Shown here in pieces: positions 1 to 9,571 of a stretch of 64,000 nt of DNA. The stretch lies in the NCBI RefSeq assembly GCF_000006765.1, contig NC_002516.2. One strand, given 5' to 3'. The notes under the pieces are model-generated. The model saw only the letters and a list, made by a program, of their open reading frames with translations, did no database searches and was not told the DNA's origin. The stretch is from Pseudomonas aeruginosa PAO1 (GTDB lineage: Bacteria > Pseudomonadota > Gammaproteobacteria > Pseudomonadales > Pseudomonadaceae). Position numbers and translations under genes: made by a program. The stretch's first letter is position 1. Each line of letters begins with the position of its first letter.

Positions 1-635
1 GGGCGAGGCCGGGTCTCATCCACCTGAGCATGTCGACCCTGTCGCTCGATTGCGTCGAGGCGCTCGACCAGGCGCACCAGCGCCAGGGCCTCGCGTTCGT
101 CGCCGCGCCGGTGTTCGGCCGCACCGACGTGGCGGAGGCCGGCAAGCTGAACATCGTCGTCGGCGGTCCGGAGGAAGCCATCGAGCAAGTCAAGGCGCTG
201 CTGGAAATTATGGGACAGAAGACATGGTTTTTCGGAAAAGACCCGCGCGGGGCAATGGCGGTGAAGATCTCTGGTAACTTCATGATCGCCAGCGCCATCG
301 AAAGCATGGGCGAAAGCGTCGCCCTGGTGAAGCGCCTGGGCGTCGAGCCCGGCCGGTTCATGGAGCTCATGTCCTCGACGCTTTTCGATGCGCCTGTCTA
401 TCGCAACTACGGCCCGCAGATCGTCGAGCAGCGTTTCACCCCGGCCAGGTTCCGCCTGGTCCTCGGGTTGAAGGATGTCGATCTGGCGCTGTCCGCCGGC
501 AAGCGCCACAACGTGCCGCTGCCGCTGGCCAGCCTGTTGCACGACGTGTTGCTCGAAGCCATCGCCCATGGCGACGGGGAATCGGACTGGACGGCGCTGG
601 CGAAGGTAGCGTTGTCACGATCGGGACAAATCTGA
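1..635 (+). CDS. NAD(P)-dependent oxidoreductase, 3-hydroxyisobutyrate/6-phosphogluconate dehydrogenase family (5'-truncated by window; PA2199-like)
   Basis: Frame is open from the window start (ARPGLIHLSMST...). Contains family motifs APVFG, AEAGKLNIVVGG, VKISGN and LKDVDLAL. Confidence 0.85.
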   Translation, partial: ARPGLIHLSMSTLSLDCVEALDQAHQRQGLAFVAAPVFGRTDVAEAGKLNIVVGGPEEAIEQVKALLEIMGQKTWFFGKDPRGAMAVKISGNFMIASAIESMGESVALVKRLGVEPGRFMELMSSTLFDAPVYRNYGPQIVEQRFTPARFRLVLGLKDVDLALSAGKRHNVPLPLASLLHDVLLEAIAHGDGESDWTALAKVALSRSGQI

Positions 636-722
636 AAAGGTTCTGCGCACGGCCCGGCAGGGCCCGTGAAGCTGTTCGGCAATCTGGCGTGCTTTCCATG
701 GATTCATTAGGCGGAAGAAGGT

Positions 723-2318
723 ATGTCCGAGCGTGGAACGGCTGCAGAAGGCCGGATCAACTGGCGACGCATCCTGCCGATACTGCTCACCACCACCCTG
801 GTGGGCGGTGTCTGTGGGATCTTCGTCATCAACGAACTGGATCGCCAGCACGACGGCGCGCACCTGCGCTCGTACACCGAGAGGGCGCTGGAGCGGGCAC
901 TGGAGATTTCCTCCGCGGCGGACCAGATGCTCCGCGAGATGAACGCCGGCAGCGCGCCGGCCTGCAGCGACCGGGATCTGGAAATGCTGCGTTCCATCGT
1001 GCTCGAGTCGCGCTTCATGAGCGACGTTGGCAGGATCAGCGGCGACCGGGTCATGTGCACGGGCGTCCGGGGCCGGCTGCGCGCGCCCTGGGGATTGTCC
1101 GCGCCCGACCGGGTAGATGCCGCCGGCACCCGCTTCTGGTCGGAGGGCATGCCCCTGCCGTTGCAGGCGCTGCCCACCGGGCTGGTCAGTCGCGGCAACG
1201 CCGTCGTATTCATTGCCCCGCACGCCTATTTCGATGTCGACCACCCGGCCCCGGGCATCTCGGCGGCGGCCGTCAGCAGTGGCGGCGACTACATCTACCA
1301 CCGTTTCGCCTGGGACGACGATCAGCCCCTCGAGGCGCTCGGCCGGCCCGGCTGGCCGCGCTTCATCGGCGCCCGGCAGATAAGCCTGTGCGACCCGACG
1401 CAGGACATCTGCGTGGTCTCCCTTCTCCGCGAACGCGGCCTGCTTGGCACCGAGCCCGGACGCGCGGCCATGGCCGCGGCGATCGGCGGCGGGCTGTTGT
1501 TCGGCGTCATGCTGCTGCTCAGCTACCTGTTCGGCTTCCTCAACGACGAAAAACTGCCGGCCAGGCTGCTGCGCGCGTTGAAGCGCGAGGCCCTGGAGGT
1601 GCACTACCAGCCCATCGTGCGCCTGGCCAGCGGCCGCTGCGCCGGGGTCGAGGCCCTGGCGCGCTGGACCGATAGCAGCCTGGGGCGGGTTTCCCCGGAT
1701 GTCTTCATCGGCGCCCTGGAGGAGAGCGGCGACATCGAACTGCTGACCCGTTTCGTCTTCCGCCGCGCCCTGAAGCAGCTCGGGCCGTTGCTGAGGGAAC
1801 AGCGGAGCTTCTACGTCAGCGTCAACGTCACCGGCAAGGACATCGCCGACCCCGGTTTCATCGATTTCGCCATGCGCCAGATGGCCAGGGAAAGCGTGCG
1901 CCCGGAACAGGTCGCGCTGGAACTGACCGAGCGCACCACCGAGGCCCAGGGCTGCCTGCTGGCCGGGATGAACCGCCTGCGCGAACTCGGCCTGAAGATC
2001 TACGTGGACGATTTCGGCACCGGTCATTCGAACCTGGTCTACCTGGCCAACCTGCCGGTAGACGCGATCAAGATCGACAAGGTCTTCACTCAGTCCATCG
2101 GCGACAGCAGCGCCGTCGAACTGATCTTCGACAAGCTCTGCTCGATGGCCGAGCACCTGGAGATCGGCGTGGTCGTCGAAGGGATCGAGACACAGGCCCA
2201 GGCCGACCACGTGCTGCGCCGCTCGCCCGAGGCCCTCGGCCAGGGCTGGCATTTCGGCAAGGCACTGCCGCTGGAGGCCTTCCTCGACTACTACCGGAAC
2301 CAGCCGGCGGGCCGCTAG
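723..2318 (+). CDS. CSS-motif/EAL-domain c-di-GMP phosphodiesterase (PA2200-like)
   Basis: N-terminal TM, periplasmic PACSD motif plus distal Cys, second TM, then EAL domain (YQPIV, VEALARW, ELTE, DDFGTGHS, IKIDK, EGIET, QGWHFGK). Confidence 0.92.
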   Translation: MSERGTAAEGRINWRRILPILLTTTLVGGVCGIFVINELDRQHDGAHLRSYTERALERALEISSAADQMLREMNAGSAPACSDRDLEMLRSIVLESRFMSDVGRISGDRVMCTGVRGRLRAPWGLSAPDRVDAAGTRFWSEGMPLPLQALPTGLVSRGNAVVFIAPHAYFDVDHPAPGISAAAVSSGGDYIYHRFAWDDDQPLEALGRPGWPRFIGARQISLCDPTQDICVVSLLRERGLLGTEPGRAAMAAAIGGGLLFGVMLLLSYLFGFLNDEKLPARLLRALKREALEVHYQPIVRLASGRCAGVEALARWTDSSLGRVSPDVFIGALEESGDIELLTRFVFRRALKQLGPLLREQRSFYVSVNVTGKDIADPGFIDFAMRQMARESVRPEQVALELTERTTEAQGCLLAGMNRLRELGLKIYVDDFGTGHSNLVYLANLPVDAIKIDKVFTQSIGDSSAVELIFDKLCSMAEHLEIGVVVEGIETQAQADHVLRRSPEALGQGWHFGKALPLEAFLDYYRNQPAGR

Positions 2319-2442
2319 AACGGACCTTCCGCGGGGCACCACGCTGCGCTAGCATCGGCCGTCCATACCGGATGCGGCCTGGACGGCCGCACTCCGGATC
2401 GCACGGAACGGCCGGAAACGGCCGCGATCACCACAGGCCGCC

Positions 2443-3327
2443 ATGCACGCATTCCCCCTCACCCTGGACAACCGACTCGCCGAAGCCCTGCCGCTATGGC
2501 GCAACCTGGCCCGCACCGACCGGGCGCCGCGAAGGAACATCGACCTCGCCGACTGGAAAGCCGACTGGCGCGAACTGATCGCCGCGCTCGACAGGTTTTC
2601 CCGGAGCCACGGCTATCGCCAGCCGTTCGCCGCGCAAGGGCACGCAGCCCTGGAAAACGCCTGGGCCTGGGGCCAGGCCGCGGAAAACGCCAGTACGCTG
2701 CTGCTCAAGGCCATCGACCGGGGCCTGGCCGGCGCCGAACTGCGCTCCATCTACCTGGAGACCGCCGCGCTGTGGCTGGACTACAGCCGGCTGCTCGGCG
2801 CCGCCCGCGACAGCCTGCGCGAGCAGGGCGAGGTCGACTTCGAGACGGCGCCGGCCCTGGCGCCGCGCACAGGCCAGTATCCGTTCGCGCTGCAACTGCT
2901 CGCCATGGGCGTGCTGCTCGATGCCCAGGAGCTCATCCCGGCGCTGGTCGAGGAGGTCCTGCAGTTCGATACCGACCGCCTGCTCGACTATCTCGGCGCG
3001 GCCGCCCTCGGCCTGACTTCCGCCAGCGAGGAAACCTTCCATCCACGGCCGTTCGGGCAGTTGCGGGCGTTCTTCGAAGAGGCGGACGGCAGCGACGCCC
3101 AGGCGCTGGCGCCTTACCTGCAAAGCCAGTACCGGGAGTTCTTCCAGCTTTCCCCCAAGGCGCAGAAGAAGACCCGCCGCCTGACCGGCCCCTACGCCTG
3201 GGGCTGGTGGGCCATGGAGGTGTCGGCGCTGGGCGTGCTCTACGGCTGGGACGATGGCGTCCTGCGCGCCTCGCCGCATTACCTCGGCGACCTGGTCGAC
3301 TACGCGCGGGCGCGCGGCGACGCCTGA
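2443..3327 (+). CDS. PoNi-like (DUF1910/DUF1911) polymorphic-toxin immunity protein (PA2201-like)
   Basis: 294-aa ORF. C-terminal YAWGWWAMEVSALGVLYGWDD...HYLGDLVDY resembles the DUF1911 YxGYWxFEAAA...DD...YPxDL signature (family recognised from memory). Confidence 0.65.
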   Translation: MHAFPLTLDNRLAEALPLWRNLARTDRAPRRNIDLADWKADWRELIAALDRFSRSHGYRQPFAAQGHAALENAWAWGQAAENASTLLLKAIDRGLAGAELRSIYLETAALWLDYSRLLGAARDSLREQGEVDFETAPALAPRTGQYPFALQLLAMGVLLDAQELIPALVEEVLQFDTDRLLDYLGAAALGLTSASEETFHPRPFGQLRAFFEEADGSDAQALAPYLQSQYREFFQLSPKAQKKTRRLTGPYAWGWWAMEVSALGVLYGWDDGVLRASPHYLGDLVDYARARGDA

Positions 3328-3342
3328 GCCACCGGCCGACGC

Positions 3343-4029
3343 TCAGGCCCGCCGGCGGCGGGCGAGGAAAGCGGCGGCCAGGTCGAGGCTGGTGCAGAGC
3401 AGGAAGTAGAGCAGGGCGACGAACAGGAAGATCTCCGTCGGGTGGACCATCACCCGGTTGCTCACCTGGGTGGCGACGAAGGACAGCTCGCCGACGCCGA
3501 TCACGTAGGCCAGGGAAGTGTCCTTGATCAGCGACACCCACTGGTTGAGGAAGGATGGCAGCATCACCGGCAGCGCCTGCGGCAGGATCACCAGGCGCAA
3601 TACCTGCCACGGCCGCAGTCCGAGCGCGCGGGCGGCCGCCCACTGCCCGGCGGGGAGGCTGTGGATGCCGGCGTACACCGAGTGGGCGAGGTAGGCGCCG
3701 CCGATCAGCGACAGCGCGCAGACCACGGTGGCCAGCGCCGGTACGTCGACATGGAAGACGATCGGCAGCAGGAAGTAGGTCCAGAAGATCAGCATCAGCA
3801 CCGGGATCGCGCGGAAGAAGCCGAGCAGCGCCACCAGCAGCAGGCGCGGCTTGCCGGGCAGCACCGCGAGGGCCACGCCGAGGACCAGGCCGAGCACCGC
3901 CGAAGCCAGTCCGGAGAGCGACGCCAGCAGCAGGGTCAGCGCCGCTCCGCCGAGCGGGCCGTCCGGGTAGGCGCCGAGCAGCAGGTAGGACAGGTTGTCC
4001 GAGATGACCGAGAAATCCATCTCACGCAC
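3343..4029 (-). CDS. Polar amino-acid ABC transporter permease
   Basis: HisM/GlnP-type hydrophobic protein with EAA-like loop (GQWAAARALGL) and IKDTSL motif. Confidence 0.93.
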   Translation of the reverse strand: MREMDFSVISDNLSYLLLGAYPDGPLGGAALTLLLASLSGLASAVLGLVLGVALAVLPGKPRLLLVALLGFFRAIPVLMLIFWTYFLLPIVFHVDVPALATVVCALSLIGGAYLAHSVYAGIHSLPAGQWAAARALGLRPWQVLRLVILPQALPVMLPSFLNQWVSLIKDTSLAYVIGVGELSFVATQVSNRVMVHPTEIFLFVALLYFLLCTSLDLAAAFLARRRRA

Positions 4030-4738
4030 CTCCCTGGCGGTAGCGGCGGGTCTGCTGCAACGCCTGGCCGAAGGCTTCGATCAGGGCGATGGCGCCGATG
4101 TAGAGAAGGGTGGCGATGCCGAAGGCCTGGAAGGTCTTGAAGGTCTCGGTTTCCACCTGGCGCGAAGCGTAGGACAGCTCGGCCAGGCCGATGGCCATCG
4201 CCAGCGAGGAGTTCTTCAGCGCATTCATGTACTGCCCGAGCAGCGGCGGCAGAGCCGTGCGCAGGGCCTGCGGCAGCACCACCACGCGCCATACCTGGCG
4301 CTGGGTCAGCCCCAGGGCGAGGCCGGCGGCGCGCTGCTCGGGGCGTACCGAGGCGATGCCGGCGCGGAACTCCTCGGCGACGAAAGCCGAGGTATAGAGG
4401 GTCAGCCCCCAGGCACCGGCGAGGAACTCGAAGGACGGCCAGTCGAGCAAGGGCGTCTCGTGCGGCGTGTTCAGCCAGCTCACCAGCGCCTCCGGCAGCA
4501 GCGCGGGAACGCCGAAGTACCAGAAGAACAGCTGCACCAGCAGCGGGGTATTGCGGAACAGCGCCAGGTAGGCGCGCGCCGGCCAGGACAGCAGGCGCCG
4601 GCGCGACAGCCGGGCGATGGCCAGGGGGGCGCCGATCAGGGTGGCGAGCAGGCAACTGAGCAGGGCAAGACCGAGGGTCAGCAGGAAGCCGTCGAGCAAC
4701 CAGCGCAGGTACTGCGGGGCGAGAAGTTCGCCGAACAT
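4022..4738 (-). CDS. Polar amino-acid ABC transporter permease
   Basis: FRNTPLLVQL, AEEFRAGI, EQRAAGLALGL and KNSSL motifs; overlaps the next permease by 8 nt. Confidence 0.93.
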   Translation of the reverse strand: MFGELLAPQYLRWLLDGFLLTLGLALLSCLLATLIGAPLAIARLSRRRLLSWPARAYLALFRNTPLLVQLFFWYFGVPALLPEALVSWLNTPHETPLLDWPSFEFLAGAWGLTLYTSAFVAEEFRAGIASVRPEQRAAGLALGLTQRQVWRVVVLPQALRTALPPLLGQYMNALKNSSLAMAIGLAELSYASRQVETETFKTFQAFGIATLLYIGAIALIEAFGQALQQTRRYRQGGA

Positions 4739-4763
4739 GTGCGGGATTCCGTCGGGTAGAACG

Positions 4764-4792
4764 AAAAACGCGCCTCAGCGAAGTGAGGCGCG
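4764..4792 (-). terminator. Intrinsic-terminator-like hairpin between binding-protein and permease genes
   Basis: Minus strand reads CGCGCCTCA-cttcgc-TGAGGCGCG-TTTTT (9-bp stem plus T tract). Confidence 0.6.
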
Positions 4793-4818
4793 CGGGTCGT
4801 GCGGGCGAAGCGGGCCGC

Positions 4819-5625
4819 TCAGCTCTTGTCGCCGATCTTGTACAGGCGCGCCAGCGGGGTCTTGGTCTGCGGACCGAACCAGGTGTCGTAGATCTTCTGC
4901 GCCTGGCCGTCCTGCTCCAGCTCGCGCAGGCTCTTGTCGACGAACTCGGTCAGGGCCTTCTCGCCCTTGGGAATACCGACGCCGATCAGGTCGTTGGAAA
5001 TGGTGAAGGGCGGCACTTCGTACTTGTCGCGGTCGGGCACGTTGGCCAGCAGGCCGATCAGCTTCGGACCGTCCTGGGTGATGGCCTGGACCTGGCCGTT
5101 GCGCAGGGCGGTGAAAGCGAAGGGCGTGTCGTCGTAGGCGATGACCTTGGCGCCGGGGAACTTCTCGCGCAGCACGCCTTCGTTGACCGTGCCCTTGTCC
5201 ACGCCGACCCGCCACTTGTTGAGGACTTCCGGCGAGGTCAGGGTGCCTTTCTTGACGATGAACTGCTGGCCGGAGGAGAAGTAGGGGATGCTGAAGTCCA
5301 CCTGCTGCGCACGCTCCGGGGTGATGGTGAAGTTGGCCAGGACCAGGTCGACCTTGTTCGCCGTCAGCAGCGGGATGCGGTTGGCCGGGTTGGTCGGCAG
5401 CACTTGCAGCCGGACGCCCAGCTTGTCGGCCAGGGCCTTGGCATAGTCGACGTCGAGGCCTTCGATCTGCTTGCTCTTGGCGTCGACGAAGCCGAACGGC
5501 GGGTTGCTGTCGAAGGACGCGACGCGCAATACGCCGGCCTTGCGGATGTCCTCCAGGCGGTCGGCCTGGGCCAGGCCGGAGATCAGGGCGAGGGCGAGGG
5601 CGGTGATGGCGGGGAGTTTCTTCAT
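4819..5625 (-). CDS. Amino-acid ABC transporter periplasmic binding protein (SBP family 3; PA2204-like)
   Basis: Signal peptide MKKLPAITALALALISGLAQA; PPFGF, GLDVD, VDLVLANFTITPER motifs. Start placed at ATG 5625. Confidence 0.93.
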   Translation of the reverse strand: MKKLPAITALALALISGLAQADRLEDIRKAGVLRVASFDSNPPFGFVDAKSKQIEGLDVDYAKALADKLGVRLQVLPTNPANRIPLLTANKVDLVLANFTITPERAQQVDFSIPYFSSGQQFIVKKGTLTSPEVLNKWRVGVDKGTVNEGVLREKFPGAKVIAYDDTPFAFTALRNGQVQAITQDGPKLIGLLANVPDRDKYEVPPFTISNDLIGVGIPKGEKALTEFVDKSLRELEQDGQAQKIYDTWFGPQTKTPLARLYKIGDKS

Positions 5626-5923
5626 GAAAGTTCCAGCTCCTTGTCGGCCGCGATCGACGATCAGGGCCTTGCAATGTGGGGCGGACATTCCGGATGGGAA
5701 TGCCGCCATGTCGGCGCGGGGGTATCCCGTGGCGAAGGGAGTTTGGCAGGGGCCAAGGGTCGGGAGAAAAGAATGAATCGATCTATCTTATTTCCAGACG
5801 AAATAAGAGGTATGAAAACAAGGATTCAAGGAAATAAAAAACGATAGCGTAACGCCATGATCCGCAGGGCTTCCGCGTTGGGGGTTCGTCGTCGAGAAGG
5901 AAGGCCGGGGCCCGGCGGCCCCG

Positions 5924-6409
5924 TCAGCGGCTGTCCCGGCAGTCGATCACGCTGGCGTTGGTGATGATGTCCCGGCTGTCGGTGTACAGGGTGATGCTGC
6001 AGAAATAGTCGAGGATGGTCTCGTTCTCGTAGTAGCCGGTCTTGCGATAGACCGCCTCGCTACTCACCGGCGCCATGCCGGCGACCCCCTGGCCACCGAC
6101 GCCGACCCAGGTCTCGCGCTGGCCGACGTACTCGGTGCCGGTCTGTATGAAGACCTTGTCCGGCCCCATGTGGGTCCGCACGCGGTTCCAGGCGTAGAAG
6201 CCGCCGCTACCGTAGGACGAAGGGCCGAGGCCCTGGTCGGGCTTGCCGAACAGTTCGAAGGCCTTGCCGGCGGGCTGGCCGATGAGCTTCTGCGCGGCGA
6301 CCTTGACCTCGTTGTCGCGATTCCCCGACTGACCGAGGGAGGCGCAGGCGCTGAGACCGAGGACGAGCAGGGCGAGACCGAAGGGCTTGATCGAGGGCAT
6401 GGCATTCAC
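5924..6409 (-). CDS. Hypothetical lipoprotein
   Basis: Signal peptide with lipobox LSAC and high-GC3 codons. Start could be 6400. Confidence 0.75.
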   Translation of the reverse strand: MNAMPSIKPFGLALLVLGLSACASLGQSGNRDNEVKVAAQKLIGQPAGKAFELFGKPDQGLGPSSYGSGGFYAWNRVRTHMGPDKVFIQTGTEYVGQRETWVGVGGQGVAGMAPVSSEAVYRKTGYYENETILDYFCSITLYTDSRDIITNASVIDCRDSR

Positions 6410-6481
6410 TCCGTTGAAATGCCGCAGGATGTTAGAGGTCCAGCCGGCTCGCGGCTATTAGCTCATTTGTGCTAGTGCCGC

Positions 6482-7429
6482 TCACTTCGCCAGGTGCCGC
6501 GCCTGTTCGGCATGTACGCTGGCCATGAAGGTCTGCATGGCCGAGGAGTGGACCCGGTTGCGTCGGGTGATCAGGCCGTAGGGCGGCAGGCGCGGCTCCA
6601 GCTGGATCGGCAGGATCGCCAGCAGGTGCTTGCCCGGGTAGTCCTCGATCACCGAGCGTGGAGTGATGCCGATCATGTCGGTCTGTTGCAGCAGGGAGAG
6701 CAGGGTCATGATCGAGGTGGTCTCGACGATACTGCTCGGCAGGTCGATGCGCGCATTGTGGAAGGCCTGGTTGACGATCCCGCGCATCGGGCTGGGGTGC
6801 TGCTGCAACACCCAGGTCAGCTCCTGCAACTCGCCCCAGTCCAGCTTGCGTGCCTGCGACAACGGGTTCTGCGCGCCGACCACCACGCAGAGTTCTTCCT
6901 CGCCGAGGCTGTCGAACACCAGGTCGTCGGTGCGCGCGCCGCTGGGGATGCGTCCGAGCACCACGTCCAGCTGGTCCTGTTGCAGGGCCTGGACCAGCAC
7001 GTCGCTGGTGTCCACCTGGATGCTCATCGACAGCCGTGGATGACTCTGCTTCAGGGTGGCGATGGTGCGCGTCAGCAGGCTCGAGGCCAGCGCCGGGATC
7101 GCTCCGACGGTGACCCGGCCGAGGTTGCCGGACTCCAGCGCGACCAGTTCCTCGCGCATCCCGGACAGCTCGGCGAAGATCATCCGCGAGTAATAGATCA
7201 GCGTCTCGCCGAAAGGCGTTGCGCGCATGCCGCGCGGCAAACGCTCGAACAACTCGACGCCGAGCAGGTCTTCGGCCTCGTGGAGCATCTTGGTCGCCGC
7301 CGGCTGGGTCATGCCGATCTCGTCGGCGGCGCGGCGCAGCGAGCCGAGTTCCTCCAGGGCCAGCATCAGGCGCAACTGGCGCAGGCGCAGGCGGCTGTGG
7401 ATGATGCTGGCGTCGGGAATCCGGGACAT
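6482..7429 (-). CDS. LysR-type transcriptional regulator (PA2206-like)
   Basis: HTH (LRLRQLRLMLALEELGSLRRAA..MTQPAATKML..E), LFERLPRGM and substrate-binding domain. Start at MSRIP (7429). Confidence 0.93.
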   Translation of the reverse strand: MSRIPDASIIHSRLRLRQLRLMLALEELGSLRRAADEIGMTQPAATKMLHEAEDLLGVELFERLPRGMRATPFGETLIYYSRMIFAELSGMREELVALESGNLGRVTVGAIPALASSLLTRTIATLKQSHPRLSMSIQVDTSDVLVQALQQDQLDVVLGRIPSGARTDDLVFDSLGEEELCVVVGAQNPLSQARKLDWGELQELTWVLQQHPSPMRGIVNQAFHNARIDLPSSIVETTSIMTLLSLLQQTDMIGITPRSVIEDYPGKHLLAILPIQLEPRLPPYGLITRRNRVHSSAMQTFMASVHAEQARHLAK

Positions 7430-7496
7430 GGCGTATCTCGCTGGCGGCGGGGAGACCCAGGGTGACAAGAAATCCACCCCGCCGCCAGACGCAGGC

Positions 7497-9017
7497 TCAG
7501 GCGGCATGCCGGAGACTCCGCCGGCCACGCCGGAACAGCGCCCCGGCGCACCGCGCCAGCAACGGCCAGAGCAGCATCGCCAGCGCCGCACCGGTCAGGC
7601 CGGCCACCAGCGGGTTGGACCAGAACACCGAGAGTTGCCCGTCGGAGAACAGCATCGACTGGCGGAACGCGTCCTCGGCCTTGTCGCCGAGCACCGCGGC
7701 GAGCACCAGCGGGGCGATGGGGTAGCCAAGTTTCTTGAACAGGTAGCCGAGCGCGCCGAACAGCAGCATCAGGACCACGTCGAGCATGGCGTTGTGCACC
7801 GAGTAGGCGCCGATGGCGCAGACCATGACGATGATCGGTGCGACGATGGCGAACGGAATCCGCAGGATCGAGGCGAACAGCGGCACGGTCGCCAGTACCA
7901 CGATCAGGCTGACCACGTTGCCCAGGTACATGCTGGCGATCAGGCCCCAGACGAAGTCGTGCTGTTCGACGAACAGCGTCGGCCCGGGATGCAGCCCCCA
8001 GATCATCAGGCCACCGAGCATCACCGCGGCGGTCGCCGAGCCGGGGATGCCGAGCGTCAGCATCGGCAGCAGGGCGCTGGTGCCGGCGCTGTGGTCGGCT
8101 GTCTCCGGAGCGATCACGCCTTCCACCTCGCCGTTGCCGAAGTTCTCGCGGTTCTTCGAGAAGCGCCGCGCCAGGCTGTAGCTCATGAACGAGGCGGCGG
8201 TGGGGCCGCCCGGAGTGACGCCCATCCAGCAGCCGACCAGCGCGCTGCGCAGCCAGGTCAGCCAGTAGCGCGGCAGCCTGGCCCAGGTACGCAGGATCAC
8301 CATCGGCGTGATGCGTGCGCGCTCGCCGCGAAACACCAGGCCTTCCTCCACCGTGCAGAGGATCTCGCCGATGCCGAACAGGCCGATCACCGCCAGCTCG
8401 AAACTCAGCCCGGAAAGCAGCCAGGGCTGGTCGAAGGTCAGGCGCAGGTCGCCGGACACGGTATCCATGCCCACGGCGGCCATGGCGAAGCCGATGGTCA
8501 TCGCCACCAGGGTCTTCAATGGCGGGTTGCGGCTCATGCCGATGAAGGTGCAGAACGCCAGCAGGTAGACGGCGAAGAACTCGGGCGAGCTGAACGCCAG
8601 GGCGAAGCGAGCGATATGGGTGGACAGGAAGGTCAGCAGCAGCACGCCGACCAGCGCCCCGAGGAGCGCCGAGGTGAAGGCGGCGGTCAGCGCTTCGCCA
8701 GCCTGGCCGTTGCGCGCCATCGGGTAGCCGTCGAAGGTGGTGGCCACCGACGACGGCTCGCCGGGGATGTTGAACAGGATCGAGGTGATCGAGCCGCCGA
8801 ACAACGCGCCCCAGTACATGCAGGAAAGCAGGATGATCGCCGACACCGGCGACATGCTGAAGGTCAGCGGCAGCAGCAGCGCCACCCCGTTCGGCGCACC
8901 GAGGCCCGGCAGCACGCCGACCAGGATGCCGAGCAGCACGCCGATCACCATCAGGCCGAGGTGATGGGCGCTGAGGACCAGGCTCATGCCCTGCATCAGG
9001 GAATCGAATTCGCTCAT
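7497..9017 (-). CDS. tctA: Tripartite tricarboxylate transporter large membrane subunit TctA
   Basis: GVLPGLG, GGSITSILFNIPGEPSSVAT.FDGYPMA, LTLGIPGS motifs. Confidence 0.92.
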   Translation of the reverse strand: MSEFDSLMQGMSLVLSAHHLGLMVIGVLLGILVGVLPGLGAPNGVALLLPLTFSMSPVSAIILLSCMYWGALFGGSITSILFNIPGEPSSVATTFDGYPMARNGQAGEALTAAFTSALLGALVGVLLLTFLSTHIARFALAFSSPEFFAVYLLAFCTFIGMSRNPPLKTLVAMTIGFAMAAVGMDTVSGDLRLTFDQPWLLSGLSFELAVIGLFGIGEILCTVEEGLVFRGERARITPMVILRTWARLPRYWLTWLRSALVGCWMGVTPGGPTAASFMSYSLARRFSKNRENFGNGEVEGVIAPETADHSAGTSALLPMLTLGIPGSATAAVMLGGLMIWGLHPGPTLFVEQHDFVWGLIASMYLGNVVSLIVVLATVPLFASILRIPFAIVAPIIVMVCAIGAYSVHNAMLDVVLMLLFGALGYLFKKLGYPIAPLVLAAVLGDKAEDAFRQSMLFSDGQLSVFWSNPLVAGLTGAALAMLLWPLLARCAGALFRRGRRSLRHAA

Positions 9018-9544
9018 GGCCTGGCGCTCCCGACGAAGGCCGCGAGGTCGACCAGTATTCCGGCATCCAGCGGCACCTTGAACCAGACGGCGAAGACCAG
9101 GTAGCTGGCCAGCGCCGCGCCGCAGGACAGCGTGACGATCAGCGGCACGCCGTAGGGTTTGTCGCGGCTACGGTCGCGCCACATGAACCAGGCGATGAAC
9201 AACGCGGAGGCGAGGTAGATCCCGGCGAACGGCATGGCCGCCACGTAGGCGGCGATCGGCAGGAACACCGCAAGCACCCGGCGAAAGGCCGTGCGGGCGA
9301 CGAACGAGGTACCCAGCGCCCGCCAGCGGCACAGGGCCAAGAGCAGGTTGCCGAGGCTGGCGGCACTCAGCAGCAGGCCGATGTAGAAGGGGAAATAGCC
9401 GGCCTCGGGGCCGCTGTCGCCCCAGCCGATGCCGATATCCTGGCTGCCGTACATGACGATCGCGCCGAGCGCGGCGGTGAACAGCGCCAGGCCGATCTCC
9501 ACCCAGCGGGTGGCGACCAGCGGCGCATCGGATGAGCTGGACAT
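9014..9544 (-). CDS. tctB: Tripartite tricarboxylate transporter small subunit TctB
   Basis: 4-TM protein with GP..GYFP motif; overlaps tctA by 4 nt. Confidence 0.85.
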   Translation of the reverse strand: MSSSSDAPLVATRWVEIGLALFTAALGAIVMYGSQDIGIGWGDSGPEAGYFPFYIGLLLSAASLGNLLLALCRWRALGTSFVARTAFRRVLAVFLPIAAYVAAMPFAGIYLASALFIAWFMWRDRSRDKPYGVPLIVTLSCGAALASYLVFAVWFKVPLDAGILVDLAAFVGSARP

Positions 9545-9571
9545 GTTCGTCTCCTGATCGCGCTACGCGGG

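Noticed and set aside
5844-5854. ATAGCGTAACG, a half-site match to the 54406-54416 palindrome arm
   Set aside because: Single half-site without dyad symmetry; compatible with chance.
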